The notes: generated by a model from the letters alone, not told the origin. 20,000 nt of DNA from an uncultured virus (IMG/VR IMGVR_UViG_3300012956_000002) (IMGVR_UViG_3300012956_000002:55930-75929), one strand, 5' to 3'. Positions 7,874-16,298 are shown, numbered from the stretch's first letter. Program-made: numbers and translations.

Positions 7874-8575
7874 CTAGCTCGGTACGATTTCACCCGTCAG
7901 GAAGGCGACAATTTGGTCTGCGGTGGCACAGTGGGCGCGGCGGCTGGCCTGTATCCATGCCTTATCCGGCTCCTCGTTGGCCTGCCGCTCGGCCTTGGCC
8001 TGTTCTTTGCGGACTGCCCCGACCAGCATGTCAATGGTCACCTCTTTGCCGCGCAGGTGCTGGCAGTTGATGGTCGCCTGCACTTCAATGTAGACGTGCA
8101 TCTCGCCACGGATGGCCTGATTGTCGAGGTTATCCCATGCGGCATCCTGCACGAAGCGGCTGCGTGCGGCACTGAGGCGGGTTTCCATGTCTTCCCACAA
8201 GCCCCGTGCCCAGAAGTGGTAGGTTTCGTTCAACACGGGCGATACGGGCTTGGGTGTTCTGGCCGGATTGCGCTTGATCCGCTCCGATTTGTGGGGCGGC
8301 GGGTTCTTCATCATGCAGTCAATCTTGCGCTCAAGGCCGCCGATCATGGCACGCAGGCGGATTTTTTCCTTGGCATCATCAATAATGTGGTCGAGTGCTG
8401 CGGCCTTGCGCTTGTTCAGTTCGCGGGAGGGTTTCCCGCTGCCCCCGACCAATCCCATGTGGAAGTGTTCCACCATCTCATCGCCAGGGTAGCGCTTCTG
8501 TTCCAACCGGTTGAGTTTGTTGGTGGCCGAGTCCAGCTTGCGCCGGAGCCGGTCAATCGTGGTGTGCTTGCTCAC
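7874..8575 (-). CDS. Hypothetical basic protein with N-terminal coiled coil
   Basis: AAGGAGG RBS before GTG 8575; 233 aa. Confidence 0.75.
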   Translation of the reverse strand: MSKHTTIDRLRRKLDSATNKLNRLEQKRYPGDEMVEHFHMGLVGGSGKPSRELNKRKAAALDHIIDDAKEKIRLRAMIGGLERKIDCMMKNPPPHKSERIKRNPARTPKPVSPVLNETYHFWARGLWEDMETRLSAARSRFVQDAAWDNLDNQAIRGEMHVYIEVQATINCQHLRGKEVTIDMLVGAVRKEQAKAERQANEEPDKAWIQASRRAHCATADQIVAFLTGEIVPS

Positions 8576-8943
8576 AATGTTCCTCCTTCTATTACGCGCC
8601 ATGAGGCGAGTGCGTGGACATCGAGTAAATAGGGATCAGTAAAACGGACGATGTACTGATGGCGTGGGGCATATCCCCACACCACAGCCTCATCCACTTC
8701 ATCGACGACAACCGGATCACCGACCTTGTGCGGCCATGCCTCATGGGACACGGGCGCAAGCTGATAGTTGTACAGGTCGTCAAAGGTCAGTTGATGGTCA
8801 TATCTCACGAACCCATAGCCGAGGTCGTAGGCCTCAAAGCCTTCCATCTTCTCGACCGCCTGCCCACCCTCCGGCCACACGTTCGGGCGCGAGAAGGGGG
8901 CGTAGACAAATACTTTCGGTTTCTTGGCTGTGTTGTCATTCAT
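8572..8943 (-). CDS. DarA C-terminal-like (defence-against-restriction A) domain protein
   Basis: YAPFSRP...PEG...YGFVRYDHQLTFDDLYNYQLAP resembles the DarA_C pattern. ATGA coupling to the upstream gene. Confidence 0.55.
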   Translation of the reverse strand: MNDNTAKKPKVFVYAPFSRPNVWPEGGQAVEKMEGFEAYDLGYGFVRYDHQLTFDDLYNYQLAPVSHEAWPHKVGDPVVVDEVDEAVVWGYAPRHQYIVRFTDPYLLDVHALASWRVIEGGTL

Positions 8944-9383
8944 GATGCTGCCTGCCGTTCCTTCCATTGGCGGTACAGGTATTTACCGGCATCGGTCAGG
9001 ATCATCATCAAAGCCGTTTCGGTGATGTCATGCTTGACTAAGCCGCGTGCCAGCAGGCTCTCAGCAGCATCATTCGGGATTTCCACCCGTCTGATCGCGC
9101 CACGCTGCCCAAGGTGGATGATGACGTTTTCCTCGGTTGAGTTGAGGATCATCGCCATTTTGAAGCTGTCCGCTTCCTCGATATTGACCTTGGTGTCATC
9201 CAGCCGGTACAGGTCAACACGCAGCTTGGTCAGGTGTAAGGGGAAGAAGTGAATCAATCCCCCTTGCAGATTGCCCGTGCTGGGGTTGTTCCAGCCGAAC
9301 TCGATCACCCGCTGCTCGTTGCGGTCGCGCTTGTTGGCCGCGTCAGCAGGGGTATTCAGGTTTACAGTCACTCGCTTACGCAT
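8940..9383 (-). CDS. Hypothetical protein
   Basis: 147 aa; overlaps both neighbours; C-terminus is wHTH-like (LLARGLV...ILTDAG). Confidence 0.7.
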   Translation of the reverse strand: MRKRVTVNLNTPADAANKRDRNEQRVIEFGWNNPSTGNLQGGLIHFFPLHLTKLRVDLYRLDDTKVNIEEADSFKMAMILNSTEENVIIHLGQRGAIRRVEIPNDAAESLLARGLVKHDITETALMMILTDAGKYLYRQWKERQAAS

Positions 9384-11307
9384 TTTTCACTTGCTCCTTC
9401 TGGGCTATGGCCTCACGCAGAATGCGTGCGGCTTCCTTCATGTCCTCAATATCCCCACTCATCGCCGCCTTGGCGTAGTCGCGCTGGGCTTTGACCAATG
9501 GGTCAATGGCCTTAACAGGTTGCTCTATCGTTACAATGTCCACGGTTTTAGTCGGGACGTAAACAGGTTTCTCAATCATGACAATGCGCGTCTGCACACC
9601 GGTCACACGGTAGCCATTGGCCTTGAAAGCGTCCGGCGGCAGCTTCTCACTCGTCCCGCCGATCTCCTCCAACCACTCGCGGAAGGCCTTGGATTGCTTG
9701 CTGTTGGCGAAAAAGCCATGTTCGCTCATGATGGCGACCAGCTTCCCGCCTTCTTTCAGGAACTGCTCATACACATACTGCACATGCTCGATGTCCTGCT
9801 CATCTTCAAACGGCGGGTTCATGACCACGCGGTCGTACATGTCTTCGCGCTTCACGTCATAGTTGAATATCTGGTAGGCCACCAGCTCGTGCCCTTTGAG
9901 TTCCAGAATGTCACGCAGGCGCAGCACAGGCTCAACGCAGTGGACGATGGCGTCAGGGTGTTGGTCTTTGACCGCATCGGCAATGTTGCCCCAACCGGCA
10001 CTTGGCTCCAGCACCCGCATTCCAGTCTGGATGTCGGCCATTGCCAGCATCTGATCCACAATGTTGCTGGGGGTCGGGATGAAGCCTTCGATGTTCGTCC
10101 CAATCAGATCGCGCTTGATGGCCGCGATTTTGTCCCATGTGGTCATTTCCTTGGGCGGGATGTCCTTCAACAGTTCCCGCAGTTCAAAGCGTGCATCACT
10201 GAAGCGGTGCGGTGTGCCAATCCCTGCCTTCAGCAGCCGTTTGAAGTCGTCTTTCGCCGTAACAGCGCTGGGCAGGTAATCCTTAAACAACAGCCATTCC
10301 ACCGTAGCCCGTGTCAGGACACCCTTCAGCACCTCAGGCACTGTGTCCGTATCCCATGCGTCCGCGAGTTTAAGAAGGGCACTTTGCACCCGTTCCAGGC
10401 GGTCGGCATCCTGCGCCATCCCCGCGATGATGTCCATGCGGCGGCGGGTCGGGTTCTGGTTGGCCGTGGCCGGATGGCGTTTCTCATCAATCAGCTTCTG
10501 CATAGCTACAGCCAACTTGCGGAATTTGTCCGCAGGTGAGTCATAGGTGATAGCCTTGATGGCGTTGTCGGCCTTCAGGTTCTCCACCACTTCATCAAAG
10601 GCAGCCCCATCGACCAGCGCCTGAATATCATCCGGCAGCTTTTCCACTGGACACATCCAGAAGCGGTCTTTGCGGTCGTCTTTGTTCCAGCGGAAGCCAA
10701 GGGTATCCTTGTACTGCCGGAAGGTATCCGCATCCTCAAAGCGCGTGTTGTGGATTTCCCAGCCGCCATCGACCTTGACCGCTCGGTAACTGTCGCTGCT
10801 GCCCTTGGCCTTGGCCTCAGACTTGGCCGCTGGCAGACTGTCGCTCGTCTTGTGCGCTTCCTGATAAATCAGGTCAGACAGGGTATAGCTGCCCCCGCCA
10901 GGGAAAACGCTGTGATCCTGCGCCACATGTGCCGACTGATCCCATGTCGAGGTTTTAATCTCAGGCAGGGGCAGCCCGTAGCGGTCGCACACGATCTGCG
11001 CCATGCGGGTATAGAAGGGCACCGTGTACTTGCGATGCTCATGGATATAATCCGCACCCCAATGTACTTTTTCCTTCGTCACCGGATGGATGCCGTAGAT
11101 CGGGGTTGCTAAATCCTGCATCCCGTCAAACGACTGGCCTTCAAAATTCTTGGTGACCTGTTCCACCTCGGCCACGCTCGGCCCGTCCCACCATTCCACA
11201 TCGGTCGATCCCCCGCTGATGTAGACCCGAAACTTGACTTTAGGCCACATCTCAGCGAGTGCCTGACGAATAAACTTATTCGTTTCGGCTTGCGTGATGT
11301 ACGTCAT
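9376..11307 (-). CDS. Polyvalent protein: N-terminal LPD29-like domain plus C-terminal amino (N6-A type) DNA methyltransferase
   Basis: N-terminus IRQAL...PKVKFRV...VEWWDGPS...FEGQSFDGMQD. C-terminus FIPTP, VLEPSAGWG (motif I) and VVMNPPF (motif IV). AAAGGA RBS. Confidence 0.85.
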   Translation of the reverse strand: MTYITQAETNKFIRQALAEMWPKVKFRVYISGGSTDVEWWDGPSVAEVEQVTKNFEGQSFDGMQDLATPIYGIHPVTKEKVHWGADYIHEHRKYTVPFYTRMAQIVCDRYGLPLPEIKTSTWDQSAHVAQDHSVFPGGGSYTLSDLIYQEAHKTSDSLPAAKSEAKAKGSSDSYRAVKVDGGWEIHNTRFEDADTFRQYKDTLGFRWNKDDRKDRFWMCPVEKLPDDIQALVDGAAFDEVVENLKADNAIKAITYDSPADKFRKLAVAMQKLIDEKRHPATANQNPTRRRMDIIAGMAQDADRLERVQSALLKLADAWDTDTVPEVLKGVLTRATVEWLLFKDYLPSAVTAKDDFKRLLKAGIGTPHRFSDARFELRELLKDIPPKEMTTWDKIAAIKRDLIGTNIEGFIPTPSNIVDQMLAMADIQTGMRVLEPSAGWGNIADAVKDQHPDAIVHCVEPVLRLRDILELKGHELVAYQIFNYDVKREDMYDRVVMNPPFEDEQDIEHVQYVYEQFLKEGGKLVAIMSEHGFFANSKQSKAFREWLEEIGGTSEKLPPDAFKANGYRVTGVQTRIVMIEKPVYVPTKTVDIVTIEQPVKAIDPLVKAQRDYAKAAMSGDIEDMKEAARILREAIAQKEQVKNA

Positions 11308-11327
11308 ACTTCATCCTTTCTACTTGA

Positions 11328-11378
11328 ACTAAAAAAGCAAAGCTCCCCATGCGCGGAGGGCGCATAGGGTGATTTGGT
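11328..11378 (-). terminator. Repeated intergenic hairpin with U-tract (copy 1)
   Basis: 48/51 identical to 11864-11914. Minus strand: CCCTATGCGC-loop-GCGCATGGGG...TTTGCTTTTTT. Confidence 0.7.
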
Positions 11379-11381
11379 GCT

Positions 11382-11837
11382 TTAGTCCACTGAATCCATC
11401 AGGCGGCGACCCATCGGGGTGAGGTCAATGTCATAGGCCACGTCCCGCTTATGGATGACCACAAGCCCACGATCCTCCAATGCGTGCCAGTAGGCTTGCA
11501 TGTGCCGCGTCACCGGAAAGCTGCCCCCAAGGGCTTCCTGCTCGTCCTGATGCAGCGAGTCCCATTTGATATTCAGTGCGTCCCAATGCGCTTTGTAGCG
11601 CCGGTAAGCGGTCGCCCGTGCTTCGCCCTGTGCATTCACCCAGCGAAATTGCCGTTTCGCCTGGGTCATCGCCTCGGCTTTGGTTCTGCCTTCACCCATA
11701 TAGGTAAAGGAAGGCGTGCGGATCGATACCGTCCAGCGATGGGCTTTGGAAAGGTTTTCGTTCAGCCGTGCGCTAATCTGTATCCAGTCGTTCAGCCGCA
11801 GCCGGTGGGCGTGTTCCAGTCTCGCAAGCGTTTCCAT
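11382..11837 (-). CDS. Hypothetical protein
   Basis: 151 aa; GAGGAGG RBS; wHTH-like C-terminus (ALEDRGLV...LTPMGR). Confidence 0.8.
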   Translation of the reverse strand: METLARLEHAHRLRLNDWIQISARLNENLSKAHRWTVSIRTPSFTYMGEGRTKAEAMTQAKRQFRWVNAQGEARATAYRRYKAHWDALNIKWDSLHQDEQEALGGSFPVTRHMQAYWHALEDRGLVVIHKRDVAYDIDLTPMGRRLMDSVD

Positions 11838-11863
11838 TGTCTCGATCCTCCTCTATTGGTTAG

Positions 11864-11914
11864 ACTAAAAAAGCAAAGCTCCCCATGCGCTGAGAGCGCA
11901 TAGGGTGCTTTGGT
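11864..11914 (-). terminator. Repeated intergenic hairpin with U-tract (copy 2)
   Basis: Minus strand: CAAAGCACCCTATGCGC-TCTCA-GCGCATGGGGAGCTTTG-CTTTTTT. Confidence 0.7.
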
Positions 11915-11936
11915 TATTTAGTTGTAAATTTAGGGG

Positions 11937-12911
11937 TTACATGTCGTCAGGGTTGACGCGCTTCAGCTTGGTCAGGGGCACAAACGGGCAGTCTTCGAGG
12001 TCTTCAAACAAGAGCGAAGCCTCGCCATCCTTGATCCCGATCACCACACCCTGAAGCCCTGCGTCAAGCGGATATTCGTTGGTGCTGTCATACACCTTGG
12101 CGAAGTGGTACTCGGTCAGTTCTGCCGTATCCCCGACCGTGAGCGGGGCATCTGTACCATCCCATGCCGCTGGCCGCACCGTATCACCGACCTTGACACC
12201 CTTTCTTACAGGGTCAAGTTCATTCAGCAGGAAGCGGCGGCCAACATACTCCGGCAGCCACAAGGTAAACTGAATCACTGCCGACCCCGTGCCCTCATCT
12301 ACTTCGGTAATGAAGGCCTCCGCACCCTTGCGGATGACGTGCCACTTACCCTTGCTATCCTCAAAGGCGTGCGGATAGTCGTGGTTGAGCGCGACCGTAT
12401 CACCAACCTCATGCTTAACCACTGGCCGCTCGTCCGGCTCATCCTCGAACTTGCTGCGTATCCATGCAGCCTCGGCCTGCGCTTTGGCGACCTTGTAGGG
12501 ATCGAGTGGGGCAGGGGGCATGTTGCTGCCTTCCGCAACCGGCACGTTCGCCGTGACCCATTGGTGAAGAACGGACTGTGCCGTTTGCTCGAAGACGAAC
12601 ATCGTCACAGGGTTAGCTTCACAGGTTCGGGCATCTGGGAAGCCTTGCGCCATCGTCAGCAAGAAAGCATTGATAGCTGCCTCACCGATGTGCTGCATCC
12701 GATCATCCAGATTGCCAAGGTCAATGACCTTTTCGCCGCCTTCGTAGCCGCGCATGATCCCATCGACAGACACAAGGTAATTCACCTCTGGCTCCCGTTG
12801 GGTTTCCACACTGCGACCGGCTTCTCCTTGGATGCCGTTGGCCGGATCGACCACCCGCGCACCCTTTCTCAAGCCTTCAGGCATGGCGTGGTACTCTCTC
12901 ACAGTTATCAT
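11937..12911 (-). CDS. Acidic multidomain hypothetical protein with two SH3/KOW-like barrels
   Basis: GGAGG RBS before ATG 12911 (MITVREY), not the track start at 13121. Repeated VGDTV/VGDTA...G.V/I motifs; 324 aa. Confidence 0.75.
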   Translation of the reverse strand: MITVREYHAMPEGLRKGARVVDPANGIQGEAGRSVETQREPEVNYLVSVDGIMRGYEGGEKVIDLGNLDDRMQHIGEAAINAFLLTMAQGFPDARTCEANPVTMFVFEQTAQSVLHQWVTANVPVAEGSNMPPAPLDPYKVAKAQAEAAWIRSKFEDEPDERPVVKHEVGDTVALNHDYPHAFEDSKGKWHVIRKGAEAFITEVDEGTGSAVIQFTLWLPEYVGRRFLLNELDPVRKGVKVGDTVRPAAWDGTDAPLTVGDTAELTEYHFAKVYDSTNEYPLDAGLQGVVIGIKDGEASLLFEDLEDCPFVPLTKLKRVNPDDM

Positions 12912-13017
12912 CGTATCCTCCATATATTCAGTTGTTAAATAGAAAGTCGTGCTTGAGCGCACGTCACAGGCCGCGAGGAAGGGGTGACAACCTCGTGGCC
13001 TGTTCCGCGTGCGCTCA

Positions 13018-14010
13018 CTACGCGGTGTGTGACAGCTTGTTAATCTGTCGTGCAATGTCTTTGACGATGGTATCCGGTGTCGTGGTAATCTCAAGCTGGA
13101 TGTCTGCGTCCTGCCGATCACTGATATTACCCACCGTGATAATCAAGTCAGGCTTGAGCCATTCGCGTGCCCACGCAACCGCTGGGCCGCCGTTCCCACA
13201 CACGAACAGGTAAGGCACATTCGATTTGCCGAAACTCGTTTGCCCGTCATCGAGCATGGAAAGCTGCTCGGCATAGGCATATTCGTGCTGCATCAAATTC
13301 ATCATGCCTTGCCACCACAGATGATAATCCAGCGCAGCCCTAAAAATCTTTGGGCTGTACGTGCTGCCTGGTTCGGCCAGCATGTAGGGCATCACTGCTT
13401 CCTCGTATCCCGATTTCGGATGAACGCGATGGCGTCCCAGCGACATTGTGGCGTAGACATCAAGGCCGTTGGCCTCTGCTGCCCACTGTAAAGCCAGCGA
13501 TGTCCGCATAAGTGTCGGCAGATACTTTGGATTACCCACCTCACCATCCCCCGCGCTCGACAAAATCGCGATGCGGGGCGGCCTAGCAGGTTTCAGTTCG
13601 CGATGCTTGTACGGGCGCACCGTTTCGGCTGTATATGTGCCAGACAGCGAGGTCATGACGACATTGCTGAGCTTGCGCGTATCCAACCGACCACTGATGC
13701 AATTGCGCTCGATCACGATCTTGGTCACATCAGCAAACAGGTGGCCGATGCGACCGGCCATCAGGCGGCTCTCACCGAGCAAATCCTTGGGCACTTCCCA
13801 ATCCTCGATGGCCTTACGTGCCAGCGAATGATCGAAGTACACACGGAACCGCTTGTCACCGATTTTGTAATCGTTGAACAATTGGTTGCCGATCCGTGGA
13901 TCAGGCTCAGGATAGGCCGCGAGGTCGCGCATATCCAACCGAATGCCGAGGCCTTTCTTACCTTTTTTGTTGGTGTAAGGCTCAAGCCGAAAAATCGACT
14001 TCTTTTGCAT
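13018..14010 (-). CDS. Putative vWA/CobT-like partner of the MoxR-type ATPase
   Basis: Directly downstream of the AAA+ gene. SGRLDTRKL precedes a hydrophobic strand, as in CobT/vWA partners, but there is no canonical DxSxS. Confidence 0.55.
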   Translation of the reverse strand: MQKKSIFRLEPYTNKKGKKGLGIRLDMRDLAAYPEPDPRIGNQLFNDYKIGDKRFRVYFDHSLARKAIEDWEVPKDLLGESRLMAGRIGHLFADVTKIVIERNCISGRLDTRKLSNVVMTSLSGTYTAETVRPYKHRELKPARPPRIAILSSAGDGEVGNPKYLPTLMRTSLALQWAAEANGLDVYATMSLGRHRVHPKSGYEEAVMPYMLAEPGSTYSPKIFRAALDYHLWWQGMMNLMQHEYAYAEQLSMLDDGQTSFGKSNVPYLFVCGNGGPAVAWAREWLKPDLIITVGNISDRQDADIQLEITTTPDTIVKDIARQINKLSHTA

Positions 14011-14124
14011 TTCGTATCCTTTCTATTCAGTTGTTAATAAGGGTTTTAGGTCGTGCGACCAATCCCACCCACATGCGAACATGTGGAGGGGCGTGATACA
14101 CGAGCGCAAAGCGGACAGTCATTT

Positions 14125-15216
14125 TCATGATCCAGACTTGGCAGCAAAAGGACTCGCACTGCCGAACGGGCTTGCAGGCTTAGGATTGTTGAAAGAAGGC
14201 CGCGCAGAGGGCGCAGGCACGGGCGCAGGTTTTGGAGCCAGCATGTCCCGCGTGTCCGCGTCCAGCCGCTCCAAAAATTCATGCTCCATTGCTTCCTCTA
14301 AATCCCAACCAAGGAAGTCGATCCCGTCAGCCATCCGCAGCAGTGTCCGGTTTGACAGCACCACGCGCAGCGCGTTGTCGTCAATCGTTTTCCGCATGGA
14401 CGCAGCCCAATCGACCAACTGGTCAGCCGTATACTCATCGTAGCCATTCGAGAGCAGGATTTCTTTCTCATGCTCATACCCTGTCGTGATAATCGTGATC
14501 CGATCCATGCTTGCGGCATCAAGGGCATTGCGACCGACATACTGCCGCGTTGCGCCACTACCGAAAGTGTTCATGGTCAGGATTATCGGGCAGTCACCTT
14601 GCGGATATACCCGCCCTTCAGGGCTTGTGATGTACCGACCCTTTTTGTGCATCCCTGCCGCTTGAAAGGCACTTTGAAGACAGAGAGCCGCACGCGGATT
14701 TGCCGCGTCAAACTCATTGATAATCAAAGCCTTGCCCTGCGTAAAGCAGCGCGTCACAATTCCAGGCTTGTACACCTCCGACCCCTGCCCATCCTTCAGC
14801 ACGTAGGTCGTGGCTCCGATGAGGTCTGCCGGTTCGATAAACTCAGTCATATCGAGGACTTCGTACTCGTACCCCAGCACTTCCAGCACTGCCTCCGCAA
14901 CTGTCGTTTTGCCGTTCCCAGCGGGACCGACAAGCGCAATCACGGGGCGGCATCGGCTAGGCTGTAGATACATGCACAATTTACCCCAATACTTTGGCTT
15001 AATGATGCTCGTATGTGCTGCGATGGCAGCTTCAGACGAATTGTTGTCGATTACGACAGCAAGTCCATCTTTCACCGATACCCACAGCGCGAGGTCATCC
15101 GGTTTGTCACCCTGCCAATTGAGCATAATGCTTATGCTTTGGTCGTCAGGGCTAGTCGTTGTCGCGACAATCCGTGGCTCAGGCAGAGCCATAGCCGTAT
15201 CCGTAACAGACTCCAT
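14125..15216 (-). CDS. MoxR/CbbQ/CobS-like AAA+ ATPase
   Basis: Walker A GPAGNGKT, Walker B variant LIINEFD, sensor region TMNTFGSGATRQYVGRNALDAASMDR. Confidence 0.9.
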   Translation of the reverse strand: MESVTDTAMALPEPRIVATTTSPDDQSISIMLNWQGDKPDDLALWVSVKDGLAVVIDNNSSEAAIAAHTSIIKPKYWGKLCMYLQPSRCRPVIALVGPAGNGKTTVAEAVLEVLGYEYEVLDMTEFIEPADLIGATTYVLKDGQGSEVYKPGIVTRCFTQGKALIINEFDAANPRAALCLQSAFQAAGMHKKGRYITSPEGRVYPQGDCPIILTMNTFGSGATRQYVGRNALDAASMDRITIITTGYEHEKEILLSNGYDEYTADQLVDWAASMRKTIDDNALRVVLSNRTLLRMADGIDFLGWDLEEAMEHEFLERLDADTRDMLAPKPAPVPAPSARPSFNNPKPASPFGSASPFAAKSGS

Positions 15217-15258
15217 AATTTCACCCCTATTCAGTTATTAAATTGCGAAAGTGCGATT

Positions 15259-15325
15259 AGCACATAACAGGGCTTAAATTGCCTTAAGCCCTGTTATGTG
15301 CTGCCAGTGTCAGCACTGGCAGCAC
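15259..15325. repeat. Two overlapping long inverted repeats
   Basis: A 19-bp stem at 15259-15277/15284-15302 and a 12-bp stem at 15298-15309/15314-15325. Confidence 0.85.
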
Positions 15326-15332
15326 GGGCAGC

Positions 15333-15632
15333 CTATTTTCTGGGCAGATACCATGAAATATGAGTCACCTTATCACCCAGCACATAGTCGAGAGTCCAGT
15401 ATTTCGGGGCTGAAGCCTTCAGTATTTGAATGATGAGTCTGATTTCATCATATGTAATAAAGGGCTTATGCCATTCCAGAGTCACCAAAATTCTAGTAAT
15501 GGGCTTAACCTTTGTGCCTGTTTTGGTGATTAGATTCAGGGTGTCAGCAGATTCAAAAATTTTAGCTATGGTCACACCCTTATGAGACTGTAGAGTCTCA
15601 ATTCCTGCCCTTAGTTCCACACCCTTTGTCAT
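15333..15632 (-). CDS. Hypothetical protein, first gene of the leftward operon
   Basis: ATG 15632 with a GAAGGGTG RBS just downstream of the promoter; 99 aa; CG-poor codons. Confidence 0.75.
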   Translation of the reverse strand: MTKGVELRAGIETLQSHKGVTIAKIFESADTLNLITKTGTKVKPITRILVTLEWHKPFITYDEIRLIIQILKASAPKYWTLDYVLGDKVTHISWYLPRK

Positions 15633-15647
15633 GTTGTCACCCTTCAG

Positions 15648-15714
15648 ATAAATTGACTGTACAGTCATTATATAGACTTCAGACTGTACAGTCAATACAT
15701 ATTTTAAAATTGCC
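15648..15714 (-). promoter_or_regulatory. Leftward strong sigma70 promoter with two palindromic operators
   Basis: TTGACT (15695-15690), 17 bp, TATAAT (15672-15667). GACTGTACAGTC at 15682-15693 and TGACTGTACAGTCA at 15654-15667. AT-rich UP-like element. Confidence 0.85.
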
Positions 15715-15720
15715 TATTTT

Positions 15721-16079
15721 TGCTGCCAGTGCTGCCAGTGTCAGCCCATAAAATCACCCTTTGTCATCCTCGAAACAAAGCATAAGAGGATAGAAGGCAG
15801 CATAAGAGGATAGAAGGGCTGACAGCCCACAGAAGGCAGCATAAGCCCTTCTGTGCTGCCAGTGCTGCCAGTGTCAGCCCACAGAAGGCAGCAAAATTTT
15901 TCACCCTGGTATGCACTTTTTTAATTGCCAGTGCTGCCAGTGTCAGCCCATAAAATCACCCTTTGTCATCCTCGAAACAAAGCATAAGAGGATAGAAGGC
16001 AGTGTCAGCCCACAGAAGGCAGCAAAATTTTTCACCCTGGTATGCACTTTTTTAATTGCCAGTGCTGCCAGTGTCAGCC
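15721..16079. repeat. Nested direct-repeat array between the divergent promoters (candidate origin or genome-end region)
   Basis: A ~77-bp block at ~15724 repeats 202 bp later, and a ~78-bp block at ~15871 repeats 131 bp later. GCTGCCAGTGTCAGCC occurs four times. Confidence 0.85.
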
Positions 16080-16111
16080 TAGACTCACCCCTCATAATGA
16101 GGGGTAATTGT

Positions 16112-16178
16112 GGCAATTTTAAAATATCTATTGACTGTACAGTCACATATCCATATAATGACTGTATAGTCAATTTAT
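16112..16178 (+). promoter_or_regulatory. Rightward strong sigma70 promoter with two palindromic operators
   Basis: TTGACT (16131-16136), 17 bp, TATAAT (16154-16159). TGACTGTACAGTCA at 16132-16145 and TGACTGTATAGTCA at 16159-16172. Inverted copy of 15648-15714. Confidence 0.85.
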
Positions 16179-16220
16179 AGGTAAGCACTTGATTAAGTTC
16201 TATGAAGACTAATCACCCTT

Positions 16221-16298
16221 TGTCATCCTCGTGCAAAGCATAAGAGGATGACACTCAGAAGGGCTTAAGCATAAGCCCTTAAGCCCTTCTGAGTGTCA
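16221..16298 (+). repeat. Overlapping hairpins in the 5' leader
   Basis: 10-bp stem TGTCATCCTC/GAGGATGACA (16221-16253) and a perfect 21-bp stem at 16249-16269/16278-16298. Confidence 0.85.

Noticed and set aside
9271..10539. Long + strand ORFs (9271..10539, 4512..5357, 7730..8632, 12105..12938) and - strand ORFs 18098..18928 and 18223..18993
   Set aside because: They are antisense shadows of genes with clear motifs or RBSs, which is common in GC-rich DNA.
12912..13121. N-terminal extension of ORF 11937..13121
   Set aside because: It overlaps the upstream gene and an intergenic hairpin, and a strong GGAGG RBS supports ATG 12911.
15721..16079. CRISPR array
   Set aside because: The repeats are nested and irregularly spaced, the intervening sequences are themselves repeated rather than unique spacers, and there are no cas genes.
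15633..16188. ORF extension to 15695 and ORFs 15911..16180 and 15943..16188
   Set aside because: They run through promoters, operators and the repeat array, and their translations simply mirror the DNA repeats.
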